64,000 nt of DNA from Octopus sinensis (Eukaryota). Below are positions 1-11,399 of the stretch, piece after piece; within the stretch, counting starts at the first letter, position 1, and each line of letters begins with the position of its first letter. Location of the stretch: NCBI RefSeq assembly GCF_006345805.1, contig NC_043005.1, forward strand, positions 46,500,001-46,564,000, given 5' to 3'. The notes under the pieces were generated by a model. The model saw only the letters and a program-made list of their open reading frames with translations, made no database searches and was not told the origin of the DNA. The translations under genes were made by a program, and so were the position numbers.

Positions 1-28
1 ATCCTAGTATTAATTAATTATAAAATTA

Positions 29-241
29 TACTCTTTTACTCTTTTACTTGTTTCAGTCATTTGACTGTGGCCATGCTGGAGCACCACCTTTAGTCGAGCA
101 CATCGACTCTAGGAATTATTCTTTGTAAGCCTAGTACTTATTCTATCGGTCTCTTTTGCCGAACCGCTAAGTTACAGGGACGTAAACACACCAGCATCGG
201 TTGTCAAGCGATGTTGGGGTGACAAACACAGACACAAACAT

Positions 242-272
<31 letters not shown>

Positions 273-440
273 CATCCGACGGGCTTCTTTCAGTTTCCGT
301 CTACCAAATCCACTCACAAGGCTTTGGTCGGCCCGAGGCTATATTAAAAGACATTTGCCCAAGGTGCTACGCAGTGGGACTGAACCCGGAACCATGAAGT
401 TCGTAAGCAAGCTACTTACCACACAGCCACTCCTACGCCT
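29..440 (-). mobile_element. tRNA-derived SINE, working family A, near full length
   Basis: Minus strand starts AGGCGTAGGAGTGGCTGTGTGGTAAG (A-box-like) ... GGTTCAGTCCCAC (B-box-like), has an internal (TA)/(CA)n tract and ends ...GCATGGCCACAGTCAAATGACTGAAACAAGTAAAAGAGTAAAAGA. The same architecture recurs more than 15 times in the window. Confidence 0.85.
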
Positions 441-682
441 ATATAATGGGATATTTTAAAACATTGAATGGCTTTGAGGGTCCAGCAGAATAAAATAAGA
501 ATCAAATGTGTCCATAGGTTTAAAGTGATTCAAAAACACCGATTTAAAGCAATCTACAACATACATACATCAAAATTGGGCCCCGACACCCCTGAGAGTC
601 CCTGGGCAGCTACCCGGAGTGCCCATGTTTTAAGATACCACATTCAGCTACTACATTCCCAGGATTTACCACACGATTGGAT

Positions 683-938
683 TACAGGTTTACCGCTAAC
701 AATTCATCGCAGGAGTGTTCACCGACATCCATTCATCGCAGGTAAGTTCACCACCATCAATTCATCGCAAGTAAGTTCACCATCAATTTATCGCAGCAGA
801 GTTCCCTTATATCTCTGTAAACTTCTTTGCGGTGAACATTTCCTGCAGTGAACATTGCTTTCAGTGAACTTTCTTTGCGGAAAATTGATGGCGGTGAACT
901 CCTCCTGCGGTGAATTGATGACGGTGAATTTACCGGAT
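683..938. mobile_element. Foldback/MITE-like element whose inverted arms are built from ~26-30 bp tandem subrepeats
   Basis: Left arm has 3-4 copies of (A)ATTCATCGCAGGTAAGTTCACCACCATC (701-804). Right arm has the reverse-complement units GATGGCGGTGAACTCCTCCTGCGGTGAATT (887-938). Confidence 0.6.
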
Positions 939-2082
939 ATGACTCGATCGACCCAACGGAAAACAGCAGCCTAATCTCACCCCAATTTACACACTACCAT
1001 CTTAAAACAACGACTGTGTGGTTCTGGAGAACAGACATGATAATCATAGTGGGGCTGCCTCCGTCAGAGGTCTGTTCGATTAGGAATCAACTGAAGTTAA
1101 ACAAGAGTTTCAATCCCAGCGTCACATAAAACGCATGCACACACAGAACGCACTTATACACACAGACACACACACGCATATACACACATCCGCATAGATG
1201 CGCACACGCACACTTTCTGGCATCTCTTTCTCTCTACTCTTTCTCTTCTCCCTCTCTTCTGTCACACACCAAATTCCCGCTTTCTCTTCATTCAAATGCC
1301 ACCGATCTTTTCACTTAATATTTCCTTCTTTTCGTCCTCCTCGCCGCTCTTTTCTTCTTCTTCCTCTTCTTTTTCTTCTTCTACTTCTTCATGATGACCC
1401 GCTGTTATTGACAACGATGGACTAACTATACTCCTCCACCTCATTCTCCCTTCCTCCCTCCTTCCCTCCTTTACTTCTGATGCAATCTCTTTTCCATCTT
1501 CTTTCATCATGTTTGTTCAACTCTCCGCCGACCAAGACACTGCAGATGTCGCTGCTGTGTTGCAAATGTCCAGTGTAGCACTGCAGCGACACCAGGCAGA
1601 CTTTGTAAAGTAATTGTCACCTAAACACTCGCACACGTGCGCGCACACACTTCGAGCGCACGCGCACTCACACAAGCATACACGTAGCTACACACACATA
1701 ACTACTCATATGCATAAATACGTACAATCATATACACAAATTCACACATACACAAACATGAACACATATACGCATATACTTATGTACACGCAGATGCAGG
1801 CACACACATTAATTCATTTGCTCACACACTAATACTCAAGTGTTGACATAGCCTTATACGCGTACACACACGACGCGGATAACGACCAGGCAACCTACCC
1901 ACTCATATACACACCTATACGAACACATAAGCTGGTAAGTGTAGGCCATGATTTTTAGCCGCCCGAGGCGCTAACATTCGAATGGTTACTACAGCCACCG
2001 TCAACCAAACATCTCACTACCTCAAATCAAAGTTACATGTGGACACATACACAAGCGTATACAGAGAAATATATGAGCGTGT

Positions 2083-2084
<2 letters not shown>

Positions 2085-2140
<56 letters not shown>

Positions 2141-2243
2141 TATATATGTGTATGTATATATATATAACTAAATTATATTGAAATGCACCAAATACGCACA
2201 TATCTGCAAATGTATATATATAGACATATGTGTATATATAATT

Positions 2244-2297
<54 letters not shown>

Positions 2298-2313
2298 GCT
2301 ATATCTATCTATC

Positions 2314-2373
<60 letters not shown>

Positions 2374-2396
2374 GTCCTTTTCTCTCGTATATTATA

Positions 2397-2454
<58 letters not shown>

Positions 2455-2702
2455 GTATGTATATAACATTGTATATATCTGTATGTATGTATATATATAT
2501 GTATATATATGTGTGTGTGTATATATATATATGTATGCGTATATACACATATACATATGTATGTATATACATATGTATATCTCTCTCTCTATATATATAT
2601 ATATAATATATAGATATATGTAAATGTATATGTAAATATATGTATGTATGTATGTATAATATGCATATAAACAAGATCACACTCTCCCATGAAAAAGAAA
2701 GA

Positions 2703-2747
<45 letters not shown>

Positions 2748-2750
2748 CGG
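2085..2750. repeat. Compound microsatellite block (TA)n/(ATCT)n/(TG)n/(GA)n
   Basis: Directly visible. Similar blocks at about 9160-9310, 9570-9960, 10300-10690, 13720-13840, 32950-33120, 56100-56250, 56580-56730 and 61400-61830. Confidence 0.95.
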
Positions 2751-2784
2751 AGGAAGGGAGAGAAAGAGAGAGAAGAGGGCCGTG

Positions 2785-4090
2785 GAAAGCATAAAACAAA
2801 TTCCAAAGCTTTCTATAAATTCGCAAAGGAAACAGCCACTATACAATATAAAATAGGACCATTGTTCTAAGAGAATGACTCACTGCCAACGGACCCAGGA
2901 TGGATAAGTGAGATACTCAGTGAACAATTTAAAAGTGTGTTCGCTTCAACCTTGGATACATACAGCTAAAAAATCCGGCAGTATTCTTTAACATTGGAGC
3001 TTTAAAAAAGGAGGCGCCAGCTATTGATTACATTAACATTGAGGCGACAGATGTTACAGCGGCCATAGATGAAATGAGCTCATGCTCCACAACTGGTCTT
3101 GATGGCTTCCCACCTGTTCTCCTGAAGTCATGTAAGCTGGTCGAAGCGAAACCACTTCCGATGTTTTTTTCCAAAGTTTCCTTGCAAGTGGTATACTTCC
3201 TAAAAAGCTGAAAGAAGGCATTATATGTTCTATCCACAAAGGTGGAAGCAGAGCAAAAAGAGCAAAAGCCTAAAACTACTGGCCAATCTCTCTGACCTCA
3301 CATATCAGTAAATTCATGGAACGAATCATATGAAAGAAGTTGATAATATTCTTCGAAATAAATGATCTACTGAACAATGCATAGCATGGCTTCCGTCCAG
3401 GAAGAAGCTGTCTCACACAACTCCTACAGTACTATGACTGGGTTTTGAAACAGCTGCTTGACCATTCAGATGTCAGTGTGATATACCTTGACTTTGCAAA
3501 GGCATTTGATAAGGTAGATCATGGCATGATATGTCATAAGCTACGAGACCTGGCATTGCTGGTAAACTGGGAAAGTGTCTGCGTGACTTCCTTGAAGACA
3601 GAAGTCAGGTAGTTGCAGCCAATGGTACCCTTTCTGGGGAAACGCAAAACCAAAGTGGTGTCCACCAGGCAACTATTCTGGACCCATTACTGTTCATAAT
3701 AGCCCTCTTAGACATGCCCCTGGTCACTCGGATAGCTACTGTCACTAGCTATACCGATGATACATAATTATCACAGGCAATAAAGAACCAAAATGATGTC
3801 GTAAGCTTACAACTGGACCTAAATTCGATCTATAAGTGTGCCGAAATAAACAACATGCAGTTTAATGCTGGAACATTTAAAGTACTGTACTATCAACTCA
3901 CGAATGCACTACAGTCTGCATATTCAGGACCCAAAGGCACTACAATCCCAGAGTCACCGGCAGTGAAAGACTTGGGTTTGAGTATGTGTAATGACGCATC
4001 ATTTCATATGCACATTGCCAACATGGCAGCAAAGTGCAGACAACCGGCAGGGTGGATACTGAGGTCCTTCAAGACAAGAGACCAAGAAAC
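2785..4090 (+). pseudogene. CR1-clade LINE ORF2 (reverse transcriptase) remnant with stops and frameshifts
   Basis: Translates as KAFYKFA..IGPL..ILSEQFKSVF, PISLTSHISKFMERII, HGFRPGRSCLTQLL, YLDFAKAFDKVDH (~3481-3520), YTDDT (~3750-3764) and VKDLGL. Truncated by a SINE at 4091. Confidence 0.9.
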
Positions 4091-4207
4091 TGGAGCACCG
4101 CCTTTAGTCGAACAAATCGACCCATTTTCTGAACCACTAAGTTTTGGGGACATAAACACACCAACATCAGTTGTCAAGCGATGGAGGGGTGAAAACACAG
4201 CAACACA

Positions 4208-4247
<40 letters not shown>

Positions 4248-4408
4248 GTACGACGGGCTTCTTTCAGTTTCCATCTACCAAATCCACTCACAAGGCTCTG
4301 GTCGGCCCACATATATAGTAGAAGACACTTGCCCAAGGTATCACTCAGTGGGACTGAACCCGTAACCATATGGTTGGGAAGCAAACTTCTTATTACACAT
4401 ATACGCCT
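4091..4408 (-). mobile_element. SINE family A, 3' truncated
   Basis: Aligns to 29-440 from TGGAGCACCGCC to the head ...TACGCCT. Confidence 0.8.
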
Positions 4409-4544
4409 GTACCTATATCATAATAGATAATTATTTCTTTTTACTGATGAAAAAAGAAAAACGAAAAAAGTAATAATAATAACAATAATTTCTAAAATTT
4501 ATAATAATAATACCTCGCATTTATTTGAAAATTATAAAGAAACA

Positions 4545-5190
4545 AATAACAACGAAATGGTTACCAGGTCACAGAAATATTTTAGATACAACAGAGAAAC
4601 AGGAGAGCAAATGAACTAGCGAAAAGCGATGAAGTCCATAAAGAAATAGTAGACAGATTACGTTTCAAATCTGTTTCAAGTAAAAACCATTTAGTAAAAA
4701 CATAATCAGTGAAGGGTAGAAAAAATATCAGAAAGAATCAATAGATAAACTATCAAAGTTTAATCCTCCATTAACTCAACCAGATTTATCATCGTACATA
4801 ACTTATCAGTTACTGAACAATAGAAATAAACAAAGATTTTCTTGACTACGCATCGGCAATATTCCTCTTAATTATATTCTATCACGAACAGGTCGTATGG
4901 AATCAATTTTATGTTCTTGTGGAGACTATTCAGAAAAGTTTATGGCATTCTATGTTTCAATGTAAAAATTATCAGATTGAAAGATAAAATATTAAAGTAA
5001 CTTTACAAAACATTATCAATGTTAAAGACACAACTCATTCTCAAGGGTCTACCAACCATTAACAAGATCTTTCGATTCAGAGAAGCAAGCAAAAGATTAA
5101 ACATTAAGAATATAGAAGCTTTTTTTTCTCTCATTTTATTCAGCTTTATTAGTAATATATTAGATATCCTTTTTAATTTCCGAAAGAATC
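4545..5190 (+). pseudogene. Highly decayed 3' end of an RNase H-bearing (I-group-like) LINE ORF2
   Basis: KWLPGHRNI...ANELAKS (~4555-4630; RNase H WxPGHxGIxGNExADxLAK motif). LRIGNIPLNYILSRTGRMESILCSCGDYSE/SLWHSMFQCKNYQIER (~4846-4984; C-terminal CCHC finger, one frameshift). Confidence 0.6.
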
Positions 5191-5201
5191 CTGGCTTTAT
5201 A

Positions 5202-5259
<58 letters not shown>

Positions 5260-5284
5260 GTGTGTGCGTGTGTGATGTCCTTTA

Positions 5285-5378
5285 TCTCTTAATTTAGATT
5301 TAATTTTGACCGGTGCTTGCTTCGTAGCAATGTTGTGAAGGGAAGTATCTTTTGTTTTACATCCTTTAAATCTTAGGG
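5285..5378 (-). mobile_element. 3' tip of the R4/Dong-type LINE family seen at 20563-21430
   Basis: TTAATTTAGATTTAATTTTGA..GTTGTGAAGGGAAGTATCTTTTGTTTT..TTTAAATCTTA aligns with 20570-20650. Confidence 0.5.
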
Positions 5379-5862
5379 TCTGTCTGTATGTCTGTCTGTC
5401 TACCCCCCTCTCTCTGTAAATACATATACATTCATATATATAGACAAACACAAACACATTATACATACACATATGTACTCATACACACACGTATATATAT
5501 ATACATACGTACATACACACACACACAGATATGTCTCTGTAAACAATAACTCTCTACTTGAGTGGGCCATAGTGCCCAAATTCTGACTTGAAAGACTTCA
5601 CCAGGTGGTGCTATTAAGTTAGACATGGCCTGGGCCAATAATGGCCGAAACCTATCAAAGTATCAAAGTATCAAAGTATATACATAAATATCTATACACA
5701 TCTATAAATATATATATACACACACGTACATACATATATATATATACACGTACATATATATAGATATATAAATATGCATATACACACACACACACACCAC
5801 ATATATATATACATATATACATATATATATATGCATATCGTATATATATACATATGCATATC

Positions 5863-5919
<57 letters not shown>

Positions 5920-5984
5920 TTATATATATAGATTATTTACATTATTTACATTTGACGGATATTTGTCCTCATCTTGTTTGTTGT

Positions 5985-6029
5985 TAACACGTTTCGGCTG
6001 ATATACCCTCCAGCCTTCATCAGGTGTCT
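5985..6029 (-). ncRNA. Hammerhead motif, damaged copy (left arm)
   Basis: Minus strand AGACAC-CTGATGA-A-GGCTG-gagggtatat-CAGCC-GAAAC-GTGTT. Three nucleotides are missing at the cleavage triplet relative to the right arm. Confidence 0.55.
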
Positions 6030-6241
6030 TGGGGAAATTTCGAACCTGATTCTCATTCCTAAGGTATTTTTGATGTTATTATTATTATTATTATTATTAT
6101 TCAGGTCACTGCCTGGAATCGAACTCGGAATCTTGGGGTTAGTAGCCTGCGCTCTTAACCACTACGCCCACGGGCTTATGGCATAGTAGTCAAGAGCGCG
6201 GCTTCTGACCCCAAGATTCAAAGTTCGATTCCATGCAGTGA

Positions 6242-6340
<99 letters not shown>

Positions 6341-6388
6341 CATCAAAAATACCTTAGTAATGAGAACCCGTGTTCGAAATTTCTCCAA

Positions 6389-6434
6389 GGCACCTGAAGA
6401 GGACTGGAGAATATATCAGTCGAAACGTTGTGTT
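6389..6434 (+). ncRNA. Minimal type I hammerhead ribozyme motif (right arm, core intact)
   Basis: Stem I GGCAC(6389-93)/GTGTT(6430-34); CTGAAGA (6394-6400); one extra G; stem II GACTG(6402-06)/CAGTC(6417-21); GAAAC (6422-26); GTT triplet (6427-29); palindromic AACGTT as loopless stem III. Confidence 0.7.
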
Positions 6435-6747
6435 GACAACAAACAAGATGAGGAAAATATTCGTCAAACGTAAATAAACTACATAATTCCTAATCTCTTA
6501 AATATAGAACTGTATCAGTTTCGGGGATTAACAGATATGTGGGTATTATATTTCACATTCTGCACAAAAGAACATAACGAGTATATCTGAAGGTAAACTC
6601 GTAGCATGTGTATGCACATAAAAAATAATACTTTAAGGATACAACCAATACACAAGCAGGGTATAAAATATACTTCTTTAATTATCACCTACTTAAGTTA
6701 AAATTATCATTCTGAAGGAACTACATGTGTTTCAGTATTGGAAGATT

Positions 6748-6787
<40 letters not shown>

Positions 6788-7250
6788 TATGATATACATA
6801 TATACATACATATATGTTCATACCTACATAATTATGTATATATACATGCATATATAGGTACAGGACATCAAAAAACGTTGAACACAATGAGAAACGAAAA
6901 CATAAAAACAAAAACATAGAAACGAACTTTTTTTCACACAACGGAAAAAACAAAAAGAGAAATGAGGCATGCAACATAAATAATATTTCCCTTCATCAGT
7001 TGTCCCTGTTTTTTCCTACTCCGCGTCACAAAGGCAAGGACAGTACGCAACTTCGTTGAAACACTCCTTCCCGCAAAGCAAATTGAATATAATAAGCTAG
7101 ACTTCTTAGCGTTCGTAATAATTTTTATATCGTCTTTGCTTAACATCCCTCACCGGTTATTTTTTAGTGTTTTGTTCTCACTGTCCTGTTCTTGTTACCA
7201 CTTTCCCCCTCCTAAAAAAAAAAACCCAAATTTTATTTAATTTGTTTTGC

Positions 7251-7487
7251 GGAAGCACCGCCTCGAAGACATTTTAGTCGAATAAATCGACCACAGGACT
7301 TAATTTATAAAAGCTGGTACATAATCTATGGATACCTTTTACCGAACCGCTGAGTTACGGGGACGTAAACACACCAACAGTGGTTGTCAAGCAGTGATGG
7401 GAGAGGGACAAACGCGGACACAAACAAAGATACACCAGACACACACATACACTCACTCGCGGGCGCGAACGCACACGCACGCACGCA

Positions 7488-7518
<31 letters not shown>

Positions 7519-7640
7519 TCACAAATCCTCTAACAAGGACCTTGTCGGCCAGAGGCTACAGCAGAAGACACTTGACGAAAGCGTCACGTTGTGAGACTGA
7601 TCCCCGAAACCAGCCTTACCACACAGCCACTCCTTCACCT
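7251..7640 (-). mobile_element. SINE family A, internally deleted
   Basis: Aligns to 29-440 (GCACCGCC..AGTCGAATAAATCGACC..CCGCTGAGTTACGGGGACGTAAACAC..TTACCACACAGCCACTCC). Confidence 0.8.
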
Positions 7641-7794
7641 GTTATATATACAATTTCAAAAAATTTAGAATAAATCTCAATGAAATTCATAATTTATATC
7701 CGTGGTTCTCATTCTCAACCGGGTCTATATGTCCTCTGAGGGAGTGCATATTTGATTTTGTTGTTAAAATGTATGTGCAAAAAGTTAGTTATAC

Positions 7795-7941
7795 TTCTGG
7801 TAAGAAGCTTTCAAACCACATGGTTCCACATTTCGTCCCACTGTGTGGAACTTTGGGTAGGTATCTTCTACTATATCCTCGGGCCGACCAAAGCCTTTTG
7901 AAAGGATTTGGTAGACGGAAACTGAAAGAAGCCCGTCGTAT
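7795..7941 (+). mobile_element. SINE family A 5' half (a separate 3' half lies at ~8598-8805, + strand)
   Basis: GGTAAGAAGCTT..CACATGGTTCC..CCTCGGGCCGACCAAAGCC..GGTAGACGGAAACTGAAAGAAGCCCGTCG. Confidence 0.75.
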
Positions 7942-9173
7942 ATGTAGAATATGAGGGGTTTAGTTCACTTGTGATCTAAACGAATAGATACGCTGAGAAA
8001 ATGCTATAGTTGGTTGTCTGTTAGGCTCCAGGTTCACAGCTTAGGCTGGGTCTAGGGAACCATATTAGGGTTCCGTTATAACAGGTACCTTACCCTAATT
8101 AAATTATTGTAAATGGCTTGAGATATTCGTTCTGCCTTGGTTTTGCGTTTTCCACTAATGTGATATATAAAATAATATAATATAATATAATATAATATAA
8201 TATAATATAATATAATATAATACAATATAATATAATGTAATATAATACTACCTACTACCTGCCAGCAAGCCTTCACAAGAGTAAAAAGAGAGAGAGAGAG
8301 ACCGATGCAAAAAGGAAAAATGTCCCTTGTATATGAAAACTATGGAAATATTTTAAAAAACACTTCATCTAATTTTTCCAGAATTAAATTGTTTTTCATG
8401 CTTTACTCCAAGTTGAAAAAGGCGCTAAGTCTGAAACCGGTACTAAAATGTTCTTCATGATAAAGTTATTTTAGTATTTTCTATCTTGTCTTATTTTCCT
8501 TATACATATCAACTCGTGTTGATATGTACAAGGAACACACATACACACACACACACATATGTATATGTATATATCTATATATATATGTGTTTTTTTGTTA
8601 GTGTTTGTCCACCCATCAGCACTTAACAACCGGTGTTGGTGTATTCATGTCCTCATAACTTGGAAGTTCTGCAAAAGAGACAGATGGAATAAGTACTAGG
8701 CTCAAGAAAGAAATAAGTCTTGGGGTCGATTTTTTCCACTTCAACCTTTTAAGGCGGTGCTCTAGCATGGCCGCAGTCAAATGACTGAAACAGTAGAATA
8801 AAAGAAGGAAAGACTACACAAAATATTTTAACAAGTTTTATTCTTAAAGATATTTGATATAGAAATATTTATCAAATAGTGAGTGGTTGTGAAGGTCCAT
8901 CAAAAGCCAAATAGAAATCAAAGGTGACCATAAATAAAAAAAAAAAATGGTTGCGAACCACTCTCTTAGGGAAAAATTTTGACTTAGGTTTCAACGGTAA
9001 CGATAAATAGATAAATAACAATAAACAACCCAGTTCAGGTCACGTGTTTCTGCTTCGGTAATGCAATGCCCTTTTCACCGCTGAATAAAATGTAAATAAT
9101 CTAATCGCTGAAATCTATAAAAGTATAAGAATATGCAATTACAGTGTGTGCGCGCATGTGGTTTTATATATAT

Positions 9174-9219
<46 letters not shown>

Positions 9220-9236
9220 ATATATATATATGTATC

Positions 9237-9268
<32 letters not shown>

Positions 9269-9409
9269 GATATACATATGTATATATATATACGTATCTA
9301 TATATATATGATTCACACACACATATGCATGCACATATATCATGTAATCACATGACCGAGCAGACTATCAAATGTTGTTACACATCGCTGATCACAATGC
9401 GCCGGCTGA

Positions 9410-9531
9410 TCGAAGGTGGGACTGGAGCAACGTGAAATGAGTTGTTTTGTTCAAGAACACAACGCGCCGCCCGGTCTGGGAATTGAACCCACGACCTAGC
9501 GATCGTGGTGCAACACTGACTAGTAGGCCAC
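9410..9531 (-). mobile_element. tRNA-derived SINE, working family C, 5' part
   Basis: GACTGGAGCAACGTGAAATGAGTTGTTTTGTTCAAGAACACAACGCG..GGAATTGAACCCACGACC; matches 41474-41721. Confidence 0.65.
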
Positions 9532-9560
9532 ATATATATATTCTTTTATACTTTTAAATG

Positions 9561-9592
<32 letters not shown>

Positions 9593-9648
9593 AACACACA
9601 CACACATAGATATTAATATATATATGCATAGGTATATCTGTCATTTAT

Positions 9649-9708
<60 letters not shown>

Positions 9709-10359
9709 ACTATCTATCTATCTTTATGTTCATTTGGTTATTTATGCACATATATGCATATATACATTCATACATGTGTGTATGTGTGTGTATGTGCGCG
9801 CATATGTGTGTGTATGTGTGTGTGTGTGCGTGTGTGTGTGTGTGTGCGTGCATTTGTGTGTTTCTAAATACATGCACATACCGAGAGAAGTGAGAGAAAG
9901 AAAAGAGAGAGAGAGAGAGAGAAGGAAAGAGGGAGAGAGAGAGAGAAGGAGTAAGACAGAGGCAGAAGGAGGGGAAAAAAGAAAGATAATTTATAAGAGA
10001 GGAGCAGGCCAGCAAATAGTTTCCTTGCTGTAAACTTTGTTGAATCAAGATGTTTTCATGTTTTATGACTTTACCAGGCAAATGCTGTTGTCATATTTTT
10101 GTTGATCTGACATCTAACAGCTGCGTTTGTTAATTCTATGTGACAGCCATCTTGGTAAGGTCGGCGTCTCGGTGAAAAAGTCCCTTTGACGAACGGCAGT
10201 TTATTTGCGTGTCACTTCTCTTGATATCACATCGTTTCACCTCCTCTGATTTTCTCACTTTGAATCCATCTAGCTACCCATCAGTCTATCTGTCTGTCTG
10301 TCGGTCTGTCGGTCTCTGTATCTCTCTGTCTCTGTCTCTCTCTCTCTCTTTCCTCGAAA

Positions 10360-10441
<82 letters not shown>

Positions 10442-10609
10442 CATTCATATATATGTCTACACACATACGCACGCACGCACACTCATACACGCACACACAC
10501 ATATTTATACGTACATGTACGCACATGTATATGTAAGTGTGTGTGTGTGTGTATATATATATATATGCACATGTGCGTGCATGTATGTATAGATATATGT
10601 ATACATACA

Positions 10610-10667
<58 letters not shown>

Positions 10668-11182
10668 TATATATATGTATATATACTCACACATCGATTG
10701 ACCGATCGACCTATCTTGTAGTTATATTCTCTCTTAGTCAAATGCATCACGTATTGCATAGTTATGATTCACACGAAAAGCCCAATGAATGACGTCAATG
10801 TACTTTGATTCAAGGATGTTCAGTAGATGGAATATAACCTAACTGAGTGGCGTGTTGCTGTATACTTTATGTCGTTGGTCATATGTTCACCCTAGTTTCG
10901 CTCCTTTTGGGTTTTAGAACCTGCAGAACGATACCAGGAATACATATGATATGCGGACAAAATTTCCCAGGAATGCCTTACCATTAAGTACATATAGTTA
11001 AATTTAAGTGGAGGTAAGCATTTTATGTGGAAAAAAAAAAGAGAGAGAATTATCCGAAATTAAATCCAAGTGGTTCCGAGTTTAGGCCCACTAGATGGCA
11101 CCCTAGATTAAGTGCCTTCTACAATAGCCTAGTGATGATCAAGGCCTTGTGAGTGGAATTCGTAAACGCAAACTCAGAGAAG

Positions 11183-11220
<38 letters not shown>

Positions 11221-11224
<4 letters not shown>

Positions 11225-11341
11225 CGTGATCACCGTGACCGACTAGGCTATCAGATGTTGCTGCACATCGCTGGTCACAATGCGCTTCGCATTGTTTTAG
11301 CCTTCAAATGACGCCACCCTGCTGGCTAAGTGAGCAGGCCA
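11221..11341. mobile_element. ~120 bp dispersed repeat embedded in (TA)n; second copy at 60433-60548 in the opposite orientation, partial copy at ~9345-9400
   Basis: TCACCGTGATCACCGTGACCGAC..ACATCGCTGGTCACAATGCGCTTCGCATTG..GCCTTCAAATGACGCCACCC..GCTGGCTAAG is the reverse complement of 60433-60548. Confidence 0.7.
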
Positions 11342-11349
11342 ATATATAT

Positions 11350-11396
<47 letters not shown>

Positions 11397-11399
11397 GTA

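Larger units (their letters stand above)
5932..6512. mobile_element. Palindromic element: two divergent tRNA-derived heads, each followed by (AAT)n and a Penelope-type tail with a hammerhead motif
   Basis: Arm 5932-6168 is the reverse complement of arm 6180-6478. Head GGCGTAGTGGTTAAGAGCGCAGGCTACTAACCCCAAGATTCCGAGTTCGATTCCAGGC has A and B boxes. Tails contain CTGA(T/A)GA..GAAAC. Confidence 0.8.

Noticed and set aside
468-851. 127 aa ORF
   Set aside because: It starts at TTG, has no recognisable motif, and its second half is the foldback repeat.
1292-1510. Acidic 72 aa ORF (EEEKEEEEEEK)
   Set aside because: Product of GA-rich low-complexity sequence; more likely untranslated.
5600-5655. GGCC-aataat-GGCC-GAAAC stem, and CTGATGA-TGGC..GCC-AAAAC at ~25170-25192 (minus), as further hammerheads
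   Set aside because: Each lacks one core box or stem I/III pairing; at best unrecognisably decayed.
6101-6246. tRNA genes
   Set aside because: A/B boxes and arm-like stems are present but there is no acceptor stem. These and all similar heads belong to dispersed SINE-like repeats.
10078-10153. Plus-strand exon-like segment (TTTACCAG|..TTG|GTAAGG)
   Set aside because: Stops in all three frames; a non-coding exon cannot be excluded, but there is no positive evidence.
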